NCBI GenBank assembly: GCA_947494155.1
Contig: CANLTW010000002.1
Span: forward strand, 75,922 to 139,921
Direction of reading: 5' to 3'
Origin: Chlamydiota bacterium
Lineage (GTDB): Bacteria > Chlamydiota > Chlamydiia > Chlamydiales > RGXB01
DNA length: 64,000 nt
Positions 10,307 to 21,121 of the stretch are shown here, in pieces. Within the stretch, counting starts at the first letter, position 1, and each line of letters starts with the position of its first letter. The position numbers were made by a program, and so were the translations under genes. Below the pieces are notes generated by a model that did no database searches, was not told the origin of the DNA, and saw nothing but the letters and a program-made list of their open reading frames with translations.

Positions 10307-11440
10307 TTTCTCTAGTATGATGCTTTGGAATAATGGATGAGAGCGAATTGTATCAAAAACGGGATCTTGTATCGAACTTTTATCCAATCCTAAGTCTAAG
10401 GCAACTTTAAGAAACTGAACAGCCAGCTCAATCTCCCCAACAATAGCCCCCGCTTTGGCGGCTAGAAAAGCCTCGATCGGCCCAGGCTCCTCCTGAAAGA
10501 TATACGTAGCCATTTCTATAGTAAGGGGGTAGTCTTTCTCTTCAAAAGAGGCTTTAAGGAGTATTTTTTTAGATTCTAATGAAATTTGCACCTTAATGGG
10601 ATTAAGAAGGTTGTATGCCTCTTTGTAATCTTGTTTGAGATGGGCCATTTTAGCCAGAGCTTCGCAAGATTTGGTAAAGCAGTAGCCCTCTTTTGCCTCC
10701 TCTTTCACTTTTCGATAGATTTTTTCCGCTTCTGCTAAATTATGCTCAGACTCCAAAATCTCAGCTTGGGTGATATTTTTTCGTGTTTCTTCGCTGAAAT
10801 CGGCTTCACCCATCCTTTTGACTTGTTTGAAAATTTCAATCCCTTGAAAAAGCAAGAACATGAAGATAATCCCTAAAAAAAGCTGACCGATAAGGAAAAA
10901 ACCCACCACAGCGGCTGATGCAAAGAAAATCGATAGCCCGGCGCTGATTAGATAACCTTTAAATCCAAAAATCCCTTGACATATCACACGCACCAGCTGA
11001 CCGCCGTCAAGAGGTAATATAGGTAAAAGATTCAAAACGGTCCAAAATCCATTCACAAAACCAAAAAGAAATGGGTAGGCAGCGTAAGGGGAACTTTTTA
11101 CCGCCGGGATATTAAAAATAAAAAACCCTAAAAAACATAGAAAAAGGCTCATCATCGGGCCGGCTAGGACTACTAAAAACTCCTTGAATCCGTTGATCTT
11201 TGGACCCTCAGGATAGGTTAACCCCCCAAAAGCAATCAGTTCAATCCGAGGTTTTTGACCAAACATTTTAGAAACAACAGCGTGTCCATACTCATGAACT
11301 AAAACCGAAACAAAAATCACCAGAATCCAAAATAGGGTTCCAATAAGATTTAATGAATTCAAAAAGCCTATCAAAGCGGCGACTAAAAAGAAGGGCCAAG
11401 TGACTTTTACGGGGATACTTTTTCCAAACTCAAACATCAT
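10304..11440 (-). CDS. M50 (site-2-protease type) membrane metalloprotease with a C-terminal TPR-like region
   Basis: HEYGHA lies in TM2, the second motif is [11 protein letters not shown], and there are several TM helices. The C-terminal ~170 aa is helical and repeat-like ([18 protein letters not shown]..., [12 protein letters not shown]). Its start overlaps the sucD stop (ATGA). Confidence 0.8.
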   Translation of the reverse strand: MMFEFGKSIPVKVTWPFFLVAALIGFLNSLNLIGTLFWILVIFVSVLVHEYGHAVVSKMFGQKPRIELIAFGGLTYPEGPKINGFKEFLVVLAGPMMSLFLCFLGFFIFNIPAVKSSPYAAYPFLFGFVNGFWTVLNLLPILPLDGGQLVRVICQGIFGFKGYLISAGLSIFFASAAVVGFFLIGQLFLGIIFMFLLFQGIEIFKQVKRMGEADFSEETRKNITQAEILESEHNLAEAEKIYRKVKEEAKEGYCFTKSCEALAKMAHLKQDYKEAYNLLNPIKVQISLESKKILLKASFEEKDYPLTIEMATYIFQEEPGPIEAFLAAKAGAIVGEIELAVQFLKVALDLGLDKSSIQDPVFDTIRSHPLFQSIILEK

Positions 11441-12321
11441 TTGCCCTTAAAATTTTTTATGGCCTCAACTAGTGCATGACCCATTTCTGCTGGAGTTTGT
11501 GCAACACATACCCCGCACTCTTTTAAAATACGGATTTTATCCTGTGCTTTTCCAGAACCATTCGAGACAATTGCCCCAGCATGGCCCATTCTTTTTCCTT
11601 CAGGTGCCGTTGCACCAGCTATAAATGCTGCCACAGGTTTTGTGACGTGCTCACGTATATATCTTCCCGCTTCCTCCTCTTGAGATCCCCCAATCTCCCC
11701 GATCATCAAAATAGAGTGGGTGTTGGGATCTTTTTCAAAAAGCTTGATTGCGTCGATAAAATTCGTCCCGTTTATGGGATCTCCCCCAATTCCGATACAC
11801 GTTGACTGCCCCAAATTCAATTGGCTGGTCTGATGGACTGCCTCGTAAGTTAAGGTTCCCGATCTCGAAACAATCCCTACATGCCCTTTTTTATGAATAT
11901 ACCCTGGCATAATACCGATTTTGCACTCACCCGGACTGATGATTCCAGGGCAGTTTGGCCCTATCAATCGGCTATTAGAAAGCCTCAAGGCCGATTGCAC
12001 CTCCAGCATGTCTTTAACGGGAATCCCCTCAGTGATGCAGACAATAAGTCCAATTTTTGCATCGATCGCTTCTAAAATTGCGTCGGCCGCATAGGGAGGG
12101 GGTACGAAGATCATGGATGCATCTACCTCCATCTCCCTGACAATTTCATGGACTGTATCAAAAACAGGGAGGTTGGATAAACTTTCGCCTCCCTTTCCCG
12201 GAGTCACTCCGGCAATAAATTTCGAACCGTAGGCTATACATTCCTGCGTATGAAAAGCTCCCGCTTTACCTGTGATCCCTTGCGTGATAATTTTCGTATT
12301 TTTTCCAATTAAAACAGCCAT
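11437..12321 (-). CDS. sucD: Succinyl-CoA synthetase alpha subunit
   Basis: Motifs include [19 protein letters not shown] and the phospho-His loop GHAGAI. Confidence 0.95.
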   Translation of the reverse strand: MAVLIGKNTKIITQGITGKAGAFHTQECIAYGSKFIAGVTPGKGGESLSNLPVFDTVHEIVREMEVDASMIFVPPPYAADAILEAIDAKIGLIVCITEGIPVKDMLEVQSALRLSNSRLIGPNCPGIISPGECKIGIMPGYIHKKGHVGIVSRSGTLTYEAVHQTSQLNLGQSTCIGIGGDPINGTNFIDAIKLFEKDPNTHSILMIGEIGGSQEEEAGRYIREHVTKPVAAFIAGATAPEGKRMGHAGAIVSNGSGKAQDKIRILKECGVCVAQTPAEMGHALVEAIKNFKGK

Positions 12322-13479
12322 CTAGATCACCTCCTGGACTTGAGCCACAATTTTTTTGGCTGCATCCAAAAGATCTACCGCTGCGATGATTTCAAGCCCG
12401 CAGTCTTCCAACAGCTGTTCACCCTCTTTCACATGGGTACCCTCTAAGCGTACAACGATCGGAATTTTGATTTTGCGCTCTTTAACCACATGGATAATCC
12501 CCTCTGCAATCATTTTGCAGCTGACGATCCCACCAAAAATATTCACCAAAATCCCCTTCACCTGAGGATCGCTAAGGATCATCTCAAACCCGAAAGCAAT
12601 CCTCTCTTTTGTGGCACTGCCCCCCACATCCAGAAAATTCGCAGGCTTTCCCCCCTCATGCTGAATAATATCCATGGTTGCCATGGCAAGACCCGCCCCA
12701 TTCACCATGCAACCGATATTTCCGTCTAAAGAGACATACGAAAGATCATTCTCAAAAGCGGCATTTTCTGCGGAGCTATATTGAGAGGGATCACGCATTT
12801 CTGCAATCAAGGGATGACGAAATAGCGCGTTATCATCGATACCAAATTTGGCGTCCAAGGCAACGAGTTGCTGACTGGGTGTTAAAACCAAGGGGTTTAT
12901 TTCTAAAATAGAGGCATCTAAATCGTAAAAAGCTTTGACTAAATTTTGGATAATTTTCGCGGCCTGCTTCGCAACGTCCCCTTTAAAACCCATAAATTTA
13001 TTAAAGGCGACAATTTGGTACATCCTTAATTTACCAGGCAAACTAATTGGCAAGGTTAGAATTTTCTCAGGGTGCTTTTCGGCCACCTCTTCAATATCCA
13101 TCCCCCCTTCCGTTGAGGCGATAAGAATCATCTGTTTTTTAGCCCGGTCGATAATAGCCGCTAAATAGTACTCCTTATCGATATCCACAGGCTTACTCAA
13201 AATCACTGCGTTGGCAATTACACCCTGAGGCCCGGTCTGGTTGTTACACATCTTCATCCCTAAAAGGCGTCTGGTAACCTCTTTTATCTCCTGCAGGGAT
13301 TTCGCAAATTTCACCCCGCCAGCCTTTCCTCGACCCCCGGCATGCACCTGGATTTTCACCACCGCTTCGTCAAGATTTAGTTCTTTAAGTTCCTCTAGAT
13401 GACGAATCACAATATACTCAGGCACAGGAATATGATACCTTTTCAAAAGCTCTTTTGCCTGGTATTCATGTATATTCAT
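12322..13479 (-). CDS. sucC: Succinyl-CoA synthetase beta subunit
   Basis: It begins MNIHEYQAKELL, has an ATP-grasp region, and carries GGRGKAGGVK and NIFGGI. Confidence 0.95.
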   Translation of the reverse strand: MNIHEYQAKELLKRYHIPVPEYIVIRHLEELKELNLDEAVVKIQVHAGGRGKAGGVKFAKSLQEIKEVTRRLLGMKMCNNQTGPQGVIANAVILSKPVDIDKEYYLAAIIDRAKKQMILIASTEGGMDIEEVAEKHPEKILTLPISLPGKLRMYQIVAFNKFMGFKGDVAKQAAKIIQNLVKAFYDLDASILEINPLVLTPSQQLVALDAKFGIDDNALFRHPLIAEMRDPSQYSSAENAAFENDLSYVSLDGNIGCMVNGAGLAMATMDIIQHEGGKPANFLDVGGSATKERIAFGFEMILSDPQVKGILVNIFGGIVSCKMIAEGIIHVVKERKIKIPIVVRLEGTHVKEGEQLLEDCGLEIIAAVDLLDAAKKIVAQVQEVI

Positions 13480-13723
13480 ATCTCTTCCTCTCGCCTCTAT
13501 ATCTCTAAAAATTCATTATAATTCAACTATCAAATGCTATCTTTGTATTTATATAATTGGTTAAGAGAGGGAAATAACTTTTAAAACCATTTTTCTTTCG
13601 AAAATATTTTATGAACGCTGGGGATGAGTAACCCCCCTTTTTTTCCCTGTTTTTGGCTCTACTTGTCATCCCTAAGCTGTTTATGATAAGATAGGGTCTT
13701 ACAGATCGAAATACGGGTATTCC

Positions 13724-14617
13724 TTGTTCAGCTTGCTAAAAGATAAGTATAAAAAGATTAAAAAATTTTTCCTCCACTCCCTCCAAACGATTTTTTCCAA
13801 AAAGATGGACCAGGAGCAGTGGGATCGTCTGGAAGAGCTTTTATACATGCAAGACCTTGGGGGATCCTTAGTGGATGAGATTCTTGAGGGGATTAAGCTT
13901 TTTCATAAATCTCATCCGCAAGCTGAGGAGAGCGACTATATCCAATGGATGAAAAAATTTATGCTCTCTTTGTTCCCTTTACAAAACGAGCCTCTCCCTA
14001 GATTCTATCCAAAAGGGTCCTTAGTATTAGTTGTTGGGGTAAATGGCTCTGGTAAAACCACAACTATTGGCCGGCTTGCCCATTTTTATCGGGAGCAGAA
14101 CCAGAAAATTCTAGTAGCACCGGGCGACACTTTTAGAGCAGCTGCAAAAGAGCAACTCTCTATATGGGCAAAAAGGGCGCAAGTTGACATGGTTGATAGC
14201 TTATCGAAAGAACCTTCGGGGGTAATCTATGAAGCGCTACAAAAAGGGCAAAGCGGGGAATATGATCTTATTCTTGCTGACACTGCGGGTCGGCTGGATG
14301 CGAAGGTTGAGTTGATGCGGGAGCTGGAGAAGGTGATCCGGACGGCTAAGAAATTGCAGCCCGAAGCTCCACAGGAAATCCTCTACATCTTGGATGCTAC
14401 TCTTGGACAAAATGGTTTAGATCAATTGAAAGCATTTCTACAAGTCTGCCCTGTAACCGGCATATGCCTGACAAAAATGGACGGCACGGCAAAAGGGGGG
14501 GTAGCCTTAAGAGTGCAAAAAGAGTTAAAGATCCCGATTTTATGGATCGGGCTAGGGGAAAGCTTGCACGATTTACAGCCATTTGATGCTAACCAGTACG
14601 TAGAGTCGTTATTTTAG
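13724..14617 (+). CDS. ftsY: Signal recognition particle receptor
   Basis: SRP GTPase motifs are GVNGSGKTTT, DTAGR and TKMDG. The N-terminus MFSLLKDKYKKIKKF is typical of FtsY and uses a TTG start. Confidence 0.9.
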   Translation: MFSLLKDKYKKIKKFFLHSLQTIFSKKMDQEQWDRLEELLYMQDLGGSLVDEILEGIKLFHKSHPQAEESDYIQWMKKFMLSLFPLQNEPLPRFYPKGSLVLVVGVNGSGKTTTIGRLAHFYREQNQKILVAPGDTFRAAAKEQLSIWAKRAQVDMVDSLSKEPSGVIYEALQKGQSGEYDLILADTAGRLDAKVELMRELEKVIRTAKKLQPEAPQEILYILDATLGQNGLDQLKAFLQVCPVTGICLTKMDGTAKGGVALRVQKELKIPILWIGLGESLHDLQPFDANQYVESLF

Positions 14618-15285
14618 TGGAAAAAGAGTTACTAGAACTTGTACGTGAATTGAAATTTTTGGTTGCTCCCAAAAAGAGAAACCCCGTGAAGGATTCTGTG
14701 CAAAAAACACCTCAAAAAACAGCTCTTGCCAGTATGAACTCCCCTTTGCCTCAGCCTATTGTTTTACCCAAATTACGGCATGAGGAGAAGAAAACAGAGA
14801 AAAAAGTGGAGTTGCCCCCGGTAAAAGTTCTCCACCTCCCTCTTCATGATTTGACCGATTGGTATCAAAAAAGATTTAAAACACAAGCCATCACCCCTCT
14901 GAGCGATAAAAGGGCTTTTGATGCGAAAACACGCTATTTGGATGGAACAAAAGAGGCATCGGTAGTTGTTGTGATCCCAAAGAAACTTAAAGAAGGGAAA
15001 GAACTTTACAAAGCTATCCAAACGGCGATTCACCAGTATCTTGTCCCCTGTATGGTTTTGGCAAAAGAACAATTGAGTAAAGAGCTTGTGGGTCAATCAA
15101 GACTTTTGATTTTAGATTTAGATTGGATCAAATCCTTGGAAAAAGAGATAGAATACGACCCTGAAACAAAAACTCCAACCCTTTGGAAAATTCCTATTTA
15201 CCCTTTAGAACCTTACGAAATACTCCAAACCCCTCTGGGAAAAAAACGGCTATGGCAAGCTCTGCTCTCCCTCCCCCATTCCTAG
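14617..15285 (+). CDS. Hypothetical protein (no recognisable motif)
   Basis: This is a 222-aa ORF. Its GTG start abuts the ftsY stop and its 3' end overlaps priA. The N-terminal half is Lys/Pro-rich and the C-terminal half looks globular. Confidence 0.5.
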   Translation: MEKELLELVRELKFLVAPKKRNPVKDSVQKTPQKTALASMNSPLPQPIVLPKLRHEEKKTEKKVELPPVKVLHLPLHDLTDWYQKRFKTQAITPLSDKRAFDAKTRYLDGTKEASVVVVIPKKLKEGKELYKAIQTAIHQYLVPCMVLAKEQLSKELVGQSRLLILDLDWIKSLEKEIEYDPETKTPTLWKIPIYPLEPYEILQTPLGKKRLWQALLSLPHS

Positions 15286-17474
15286 AGGTTCTAGTCGATC
15301 AAAAAATCGACAAACCCTTGTGTTATGAAAATTGCGGGCTTCTTCTTTTTGTAGGCTCCCGCGTTCTTGTGCCGTTACGCAACAAAATAGTGAAGGCTAC
15401 CGTAGTCAAGGCGCTAGAAAAACCCTCTTTTGCTAAAACAGCAAAGATCCACTCCCTTCTTGAGGAGGAATCTCTTACAGAGGATTTGATGCAGCTTGCC
15501 TCCTGGATGAGCGAATACTACATGACCCCATTCCAAAAAGTATTGACTACCCTTTTGCCCGCGTCGCTGAAAAAAAAGACCCAAAAAGAGGAGCAATTTT
15601 TTGTCGAGAAAAAGGCGTCTTTGGCAACCCTCATAGAATTAGCCGCCTCAATCAGTCAAAAAAATCATCCCCAAAAAAAAGTGCTTGAGGTGATTTTAAA
15701 GCAGGATAAAGGGATCTACCTTTCCAAGCTTTTGGAATTGGCTGAAACCTCCAAAAGCCCAGTGGATACTCTAGTAAAAAAAGGGTTTTTAGCACTCAAA
15801 AAAATTGAGGTGGACCGCTCTTTTTTTCAACATGAGGATTTCCTCTTAGCCCCTAGCAAAACACTCAATAGCGAGCAGATGGCAGCTCTAAAGAAAATCA
15901 CCACAAAACTTGATGAAAAAACGTTTCATACCGAGCTTCTTTTTGGTGTTACAGGGAGCGGAAAAACCGAGGTTTATCTACAAGCGATCCATAAGGCCCG
16001 CTCCATGGGGCTGGGGGTAGTATTCCTCGTTCCCGAAATAGCACTTACAACCCAAACGATCGAAAGGCTCCTTTCACGATTTAGTGAACAAATAGCCGTT
16101 TTACATCATCGTCTTTCCGATGGAGAGCGGTTTGACGCCTATAGAGGGATTCTAAGCGGTAAAATTTCGATTGTCATCGGGGCAAGATCGGCGATTTTTG
16201 CTCCGGTGCAGAATCTAGGTCTCATCATCGTTGATGAAGAGCAGGATGGCTCGTTTAAACAAACAGAGGAGATGCCCTGTTATAATGCAAGAGACGTAGC
16301 TATTGTACGAGCCAAAAACCTTAATGCGCTTTGTATTTTAGGGAGCGCTACCCCCTGTTTTGAAACTTATTACAACGCAGAAAACCTCAAATATGGCCAG
16401 AGCACTCTTACGCTAAGAGCAAAACAAAATCCTTTGCCCGATGTAAAAATTGTCGACATGCGCCATGAGGACGATAAGAAAAAATGTCGCGCTCTTTTTA
16501 GCGATCTTTTATTAGAAAAGATCGAAGATCGGCTAAAAAAGGGGGAGCAAACACTCCTTTTTTTAAACCGAAGGGGTTTCTTTAAATGCCAAATTTGCAC
16601 AAGCTGCAATGAAACCCTTAAGTGCGATCAGTGTGATGTTTGTCTGACTTACCACAAAGGCGAGAATATTTTAGCCTGTCACCTTTGTGGATTTACCCAA
16701 GACCCCCAAAAAGCATTTTGTAAAAAATGTTGTTCAAGAGAGACCATGCGGTTTCAGGGACCTGGTACTGAACAGGTGGAGAGGGCTTTAAAAGCTCTAT
16801 TCAAAGAGGCCCGAGTTTTACGCATGGACCGCGACACAACGCGACACAAAGGGAGCCACGACGCCCTCTATCGAGAATTCAAGTCTCAAAAGGCCGATAT
16901 CCTCATTGGTACACAAATGATTGCAAAAGGGCTCGATTTTCCTTTAGTCACTCTAGTAGGTATCCTTAATGCAGACTCGATGCTCCATATTCCCGATTTC
17001 AGATCCCAAGAGAATGCTTTCCAATTACTCAGTCAAGTATCAGGCCGTGCGGGAAGGGGCGATTTTCCCGGGGAGGTGATTTTACAGACTCGTCTACCTG
17101 AATATCCGGTAATTCACCACGCCTCCAAAGAGGATTTCAAAACCTTTTTCCATGAAGAGATTATCTTGCGCAAACAATTCCACTACCCCCCCTTCAAAAA
17201 ATTGTGCCGTATTGTTTTACAGTCCTCTGAAAGTACCCTTTTAGATCAGTTTGGGGCCTATCTTACCCATCTATTTGAAAAAACCAGGGAAACGGATGTG
17301 GATATTTTGCCCTACACACTTTGTGGACTGACAAAAGCTAAAGGGCAACACCGGGGACAAATTCTTTTAAAAGCCCTTAAATTCTCCTCTTTGAAAAAAA
17401 TGGTTCTAAAAATACCGAAGCATGAAAAAATCAAATGCCTGGTAGATGTGGATCCTCTTCAGACGTTTTTTTAA
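15252..17474 (+). CDS. priA: Primosomal replication-restart helicase PriA
   Basis: Helicase motifs are GVTGSGKTEVY and DEEQD. The Cys-rich zinc region is CQICTSC...CDQCDVC...CHLCG...CKKCCS. The start is uncertain. I chose the ATG at 15252 (MASSALPPPFLEVLVDQ); the ORF-track start is 15183. Confidence 0.9.
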   Translation: MASSALPPPFLEVLVDQKIDKPLCYENCGLLLFVGSRVLVPLRNKIVKATVVKALEKPSFAKTAKIHSLLEEESLTEDLMQLASWMSEYYMTPFQKVLTTLLPASLKKKTQKEEQFFVEKKASLATLIELAASISQKNHPQKKVLEVILKQDKGIYLSKLLELAETSKSPVDTLVKKGFLALKKIEVDRSFFQHEDFLLAPSKTLNSEQMAALKKITTKLDEKTFHTELLFGVTGSGKTEVYLQAIHKARSMGLGVVFLVPEIALTTQTIERLLSRFSEQIAVLHHRLSDGERFDAYRGILSGKISIVIGARSAIFAPVQNLGLIIVDEEQDGSFKQTEEMPCYNARDVAIVRAKNLNALCILGSATPCFETYYNAENLKYGQSTLTLRAKQNPLPDVKIVDMRHEDDKKKCRALFSDLLLEKIEDRLKKGEQTLLFLNRRGFFKCQICTSCNETLKCDQCDVCLTYHKGENILACHLCGFTQDPQKAFCKKCCSRETMRFQGPGTEQVERALKALFKEARVLRMDRDTTRHKGSHDALYREFKSQKADILIGTQMIAKGLDFPLVTLVGILNADSMLHIPDFRSQENAFQLLSQVSGRAGRGDFPGEVILQTRLPEYPVIHHASKEDFKTFFHEEIILRKQFHYPPFKKLCRIVLQSSESTLLDQFGAYLTHLFEKTRETDVDILPYTLCGLTKAKGQHRGQILLKALKFSSLKKMVLKIPKHEKIKCLVDVDPLQTFF

Positions 17475-17555
17475 AAATTTTTTAATTCAATAATTTAAAA
17501 TTTTAAAAAATCTTTAAATTATTTATCCTTGTGCCAACTATTTTAGGAGCTCCTA

Positions 17556-18113
17556 ATGTCATCCGTTTGCACACAGGCCCCCTTAATTTCTACCGATGAT
17601 CTCCCTTTTTTTTATGCTAATCTGCAAAGCTCTCTTGATGTGAGTACAAAAATTAAAATATTAAAAATCACCGCGACCTCCCTTAAATCTGTTGATGGAG
17701 ATAAGAGGTATTTAGAAAAAAGAAAATATAGATATTCGCCTCTAGATAGGGATATCCCCGAAGATAATGCTGAGCTCTATCAAATTTTTTTGCAGGAATC
17801 TTTGCAGATCGAAAAAAGCGATCGGACTGATCCAAAAATACAGTTACTGTTGGTGTTGCTAAAAAAACCTTATGCATCCCCAGAAATCCAAAGTTTTTTA
17901 AATTGTATAAGACAAAATTACCTTGAAGAACAACAAAACCCTTTTTCTTTCCTAAAAGATAGAATTACTGACGGATTATTCTCTGTTTATGAAGACCTAC
18001 CCACTGAGGGACTCGAAAAGGTCTCTATCAGAGTGCATTTCTGTAAAAGGGATAACCCGGAAAAGATTTTGACCATAAGCTACGGAGGGAAACCCTCTAT
18101 GGAGAATTTTTAA
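17556..18113 (+). CDS. Hypothetical soluble protein, orphan-like
   Basis: This is a 185-aa ORF with no TM helix or signal peptide and no motif I recognise. It is preceded by a very AT-rich 80-bp spacer containing an aggag SD, and followed by a strong terminator. Confidence 0.5.
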   Translation: MSSVCTQAPLISTDDLPFFYANLQSSLDVSTKIKILKITATSLKSVDGDKRYLEKRKYRYSPLDRDIPEDNAELYQIFLQESLQIEKSDRTDPKIQLLLVLLKKPYASPEIQSFLNCIRQNYLEEQQNPFSFLKDRITDGLFSVYEDLPTEGLEKVSIRVHFCKRDNPEKILTISYGGKPSMENF

Positions 18114-18125
18114 GAAGTTTTTTGT

Positions 18126-18157
18126 AAAAAAGACCTCTTGAAAAAGAGGTCTTTTTT
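18126..18157. terminator. Bidirectional rho-independent terminator
   Basis: The sequence aaaaaagacctctt-gaaa-aagaggtctttttt forms a perfect stem flanked by an A-run and a T-run. It lies between convergent genes (17556-18113 and lysS). Confidence 0.75.
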
Positions 18158-18170
18158 ACAATAAGAATGT

Positions 18171-19727
18171 TTAAGACTGGTGCGGTTTCATCATAGGGAA
18201 ATAGATGACGTCACGAATGGAAACCTCACCTGTTAACACCATGACGAGGCGATCGATCCCAATCCCCAGACCTCCTGTCGGAGGCATTCCGGTATTGAGC
18301 GCTTCAATAAACTCCTCATCCATAGGATGGGCCTCTTTATCTCCGGCGTCTTTAGCCTCTTGTTGCTGACGTAAAAGGGTCTCTTGCACAATCGGATCGT
18401 TGAGTTCAGAATAGGCGTTTGCCATTTCCATACCGAGCATAAATAGTTCAAATCGCTCAACAATCCCCTCCTCTTTCTGCTTAACATTTCGATGGAATTT
18501 GCAAAGAGGTGTCGTCTCAACCGGGTGGTCAATAATGAAATGGGGCTCTATCAGATGCTCTTCTACAAACTCTTCAAAAATTTTTGCGATCAACAAACCT
18601 CTAGGGAGCTTTTTTACTTCAAGAGGATCCAACGGGGTCGATGCTAGAACCTCTTGCATTTGTTGATCACTCATTTGGTCGACATCCAAACCTTTGTAAA
18701 TACGAATCGACTCTTTCATGGTATAGCGCTTCCAGGGGCCTGCTAAATTTAGGTGATGGGTATTCCCCTTCTTATCCTGGCGAGAACCTAAATCGGTTGT
18801 ACCATAAAGCGAATGAGCTAAAGAGACAAAAAGCTTTTCGGTAAAATCCATTACATCGTAGTAGTCTTGATAGGCTGCATAAGATTCTATCATTGTAAAT
18901 TCGGGGTTATGCGTGCGGTCTAGCCCCTCATTTCTAAAAACCTTCGACATCTCGAATACCTTTCGAATCCCCCCCACAATCAGCTTCTTCAACTGAATTT
19001 CCAGAGAAATTCTGAGAAAGGTATCCATGTGCAGAGCGTTAACATGCGTGATAAAAGGGCTTGCATTCGCTCCACCGTAAATAGATTGCAAAACAGGGGT
19101 CTCCACCTCCATAAATCCCTGATCCTCGTAGAACCGACGAATAAGAGAGAGAATACGCGAGCGTGTTTGAAATGTAGTCATCACTTGAGGATTGCTGATA
19201 AGATCAAGCCAGCGCTTACGGTAACGCATTTCGATGTCGCTCAACCCGCTATATTTGTCTGGCAGGGGCAAAAGGGCTTTTGCTCTAAAGGTGACCTCTT
19301 TAGCATATACAGTCAACTCCCCGACGCGGGTGCGAAACAGATGCCCCTTAACCGATAAAAAATCGCCTAAGTCCACCAATTTTTCCACAAACTTTATCCC
19401 TGAAAGCTCCTCGCTGGGATTAAGCCCCATCACGGCGGTATCATCGCGGTTCAGCATCACCTGAATAGTGTGATGTTCATCAAGCAGAGTTAAAAAAGCA
19501 TTTTTTCCCATAGCCCGAAATAGGACGACTCGACCGGCAACCTCTACCCAATCGGTCTCCCCTTTCTGCGCCTCTTCAGATTGGCCAACTGGATGTCCGT
19601 GATATTTTTTTGCCAGATGTCCGGCAAGTATCGGATTAAGAGAATCTGCTGGATAGGGTTCGACACCTAAACCACGGATCTCATCCAATTTTCTTAATCG
19701 GTTACGGTATTCTTCTGAATGTTGCAT
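18171..19727 (-). CDS. lysS: Lysyl-tRNA synthetase (class II)
   Basis: It has an OB-fold N-domain and class II motifs (FRNEG, GGLGIGIDRL). Confidence 0.95.
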   Translation of the reverse strand: MQHSEEYRNRLRKLDEIRGLGVEPYPADSLNPILAGHLAKKYHGHPVGQSEEAQKGETDWVEVAGRVVLFRAMGKNAFLTLLDEHHTIQVMLNRDDTAVMGLNPSEELSGIKFVEKLVDLGDFLSVKGHLFRTRVGELTVYAKEVTFRAKALLPLPDKYSGLSDIEMRYRKRWLDLISNPQVMTTFQTRSRILSLIRRFYEDQGFMEVETPVLQSIYGGANASPFITHVNALHMDTFLRISLEIQLKKLIVGGIRKVFEMSKVFRNEGLDRTHNPEFTMIESYAAYQDYYDVMDFTEKLFVSLAHSLYGTTDLGSRQDKKGNTHHLNLAGPWKRYTMKESIRIYKGLDVDQMSDQQMQEVLASTPLDPLEVKKLPRGLLIAKIFEEFVEEHLIEPHFIIDHPVETTPLCKFHRNVKQKEEGIVERFELFMLGMEMANAYSELNDPIVQETLLRQQQEAKDAGDKEAHPMDEEFIEALNTGMPPTGGLGIGIDRLVMVLTGEVSIRDVIYFPMMKPHQS

Positions 19728-21121
19728 GGATGTCTCTTTTTAACTTTTGTTCCGTTCGTTACATCTTCTAATTCGTACCCCAAAGCGGCAATCTCGTTAC
19801 GCAGTCTATCCGCATCTTGGAATTTACGCTCTTTTCGTGCCAGCTGACGCGCCTCAACAAGCTCCAAAATTTTCGCAGGAACGCTCTCTTGCTCTCTCTT
19901 AAGACAGGCCAAAATTTGATCGAGCTTATCTATTAAAGAGAGGATTTTTTTCACAGCATGCTGACTCCATCTTTTTTGATCCAGCCCCTTATTGACGTCG
20001 CGGATCATATCAAACAAAATGGCAAAAGCTTTTGGGAAATTTAAATCCTGATTCAGAGCCTCGTAGAAAGCTTTTTCGGTCTGTTCAACAAAAAACTCCT
20101 CGTTGCCGAAACTCTCGCTGTTATTTAACCTTTCTATAAATTGGTCGATTCTATCGAGTGATTGACGCACACTATTCAGCCCATCAAGGGTAAAATTCAG
20201 AGGCATACGATAATGGGATTGTGCTATCAAAGCTCTAAGCTCACGACCGGTAAAGCCCTTATCCAACAGGTCTCTTAATGTATAGAAATTCCCTAAACTC
20301 TTGGACATTTTCTTGCCGTCTACATGGAGATGCTCCACATGTAGCCAGTATTTTGAGAAGGGGGCATGGTTGCAGCACTCTGATTGAGCAATTTCGTTCT
20401 CGTGATGGGGAAATACAAGATCTACACCTCCACAGTGAATATCGATCGATGGGCCTAAAAAGTCTTGCGCCATAGCAGAGCACTCTATATGCCAGCCGGG
20501 TCTACCTCGACCAAAAGGGCTCTCCCAAAAAATAGGGCCATCCATTTTGGGATCATAAGCTTTCCAAAGGGCAAAATCGGATACGTTATCTTTGGTGTAT
20601 TCATCTTGATGCACCCTCTCGCTTGCACCAGCAACTAAAGATTGCCTATCAATATGAGAGAGTTTGCCGTATTCTTTAAATGCATGGACGCGAAAGTAGA
20701 CGCTTTTATCCTCCGCCTGATAAGCATACCCCTTATCGATCAACTTCTGGATCATTAATACCATCGAGGGTATAGCATCGGTCGCTCTGGGAAAATGGGC
20801 AATCCCCTCCACATTGAGCGATTGGAGATCCTCAAAAAAAGCTTTGATATAGATGTCGGTGAACTCACGTAAAGGCATGTTTCGGTCATTGGCACCTTTC
20901 ATTGTTTTGTCGTCCACATCGGTCAAATTCATGACCTGAATTACCGGCATCCCGTTAGCTTCAAGAACACGCCTTAATAGATCTTCGGTGATAAAAGTGC
21001 GGAAATTCCCGATGTGGGCGAACCCATAGACGGTAGGACCACATGTGTACATTTTTACTTTAGGCCCCATCGGTTGGAAAGCTTCGATCCTCCGAGTCAG
21101 GGTGTTGAACAAATATAACAT
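19694..21121 (-). CDS. cysS: Cysteinyl-tRNA synthetase
   Basis: Class I motifs are the HIGN-type (AHIGNFR) and KMSKS. Its 3' end overlaps lysS by 34 nt. Its start overlaps the aas stop (TAATG). Confidence 0.95.
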   Translation of the reverse strand: MLYLFNTLTRRIEAFQPMGPKVKMYTCGPTVYGFAHIGNFRTFITEDLLRRVLEANGMPVIQVMNLTDVDDKTMKGANDRNMPLREFTDIYIKAFFEDLQSLNVEGIAHFPRATDAIPSMVLMIQKLIDKGYAYQAEDKSVYFRVHAFKEYGKLSHIDRQSLVAGASERVHQDEYTKDNVSDFALWKAYDPKMDGPIFWESPFGRGRPGWHIECSAMAQDFLGPSIDIHCGGVDLVFPHHENEIAQSECCNHAPFSKYWLHVEHLHVDGKKMSKSLGNFYTLRDLLDKGFTGRELRALIAQSHYRMPLNFTLDGLNSVRQSLDRIDQFIERLNNSESFGNEEFFVEQTEKAFYEALNQDLNFPKAFAILFDMIRDVNKGLDQKRWSQHAVKKILSLIDKLDQILACLKREQESVPAKILELVEARQLARKERKFQDADRLRNEIAALGYELEDVTNGTKVKKRHPCNIQKNTVTD

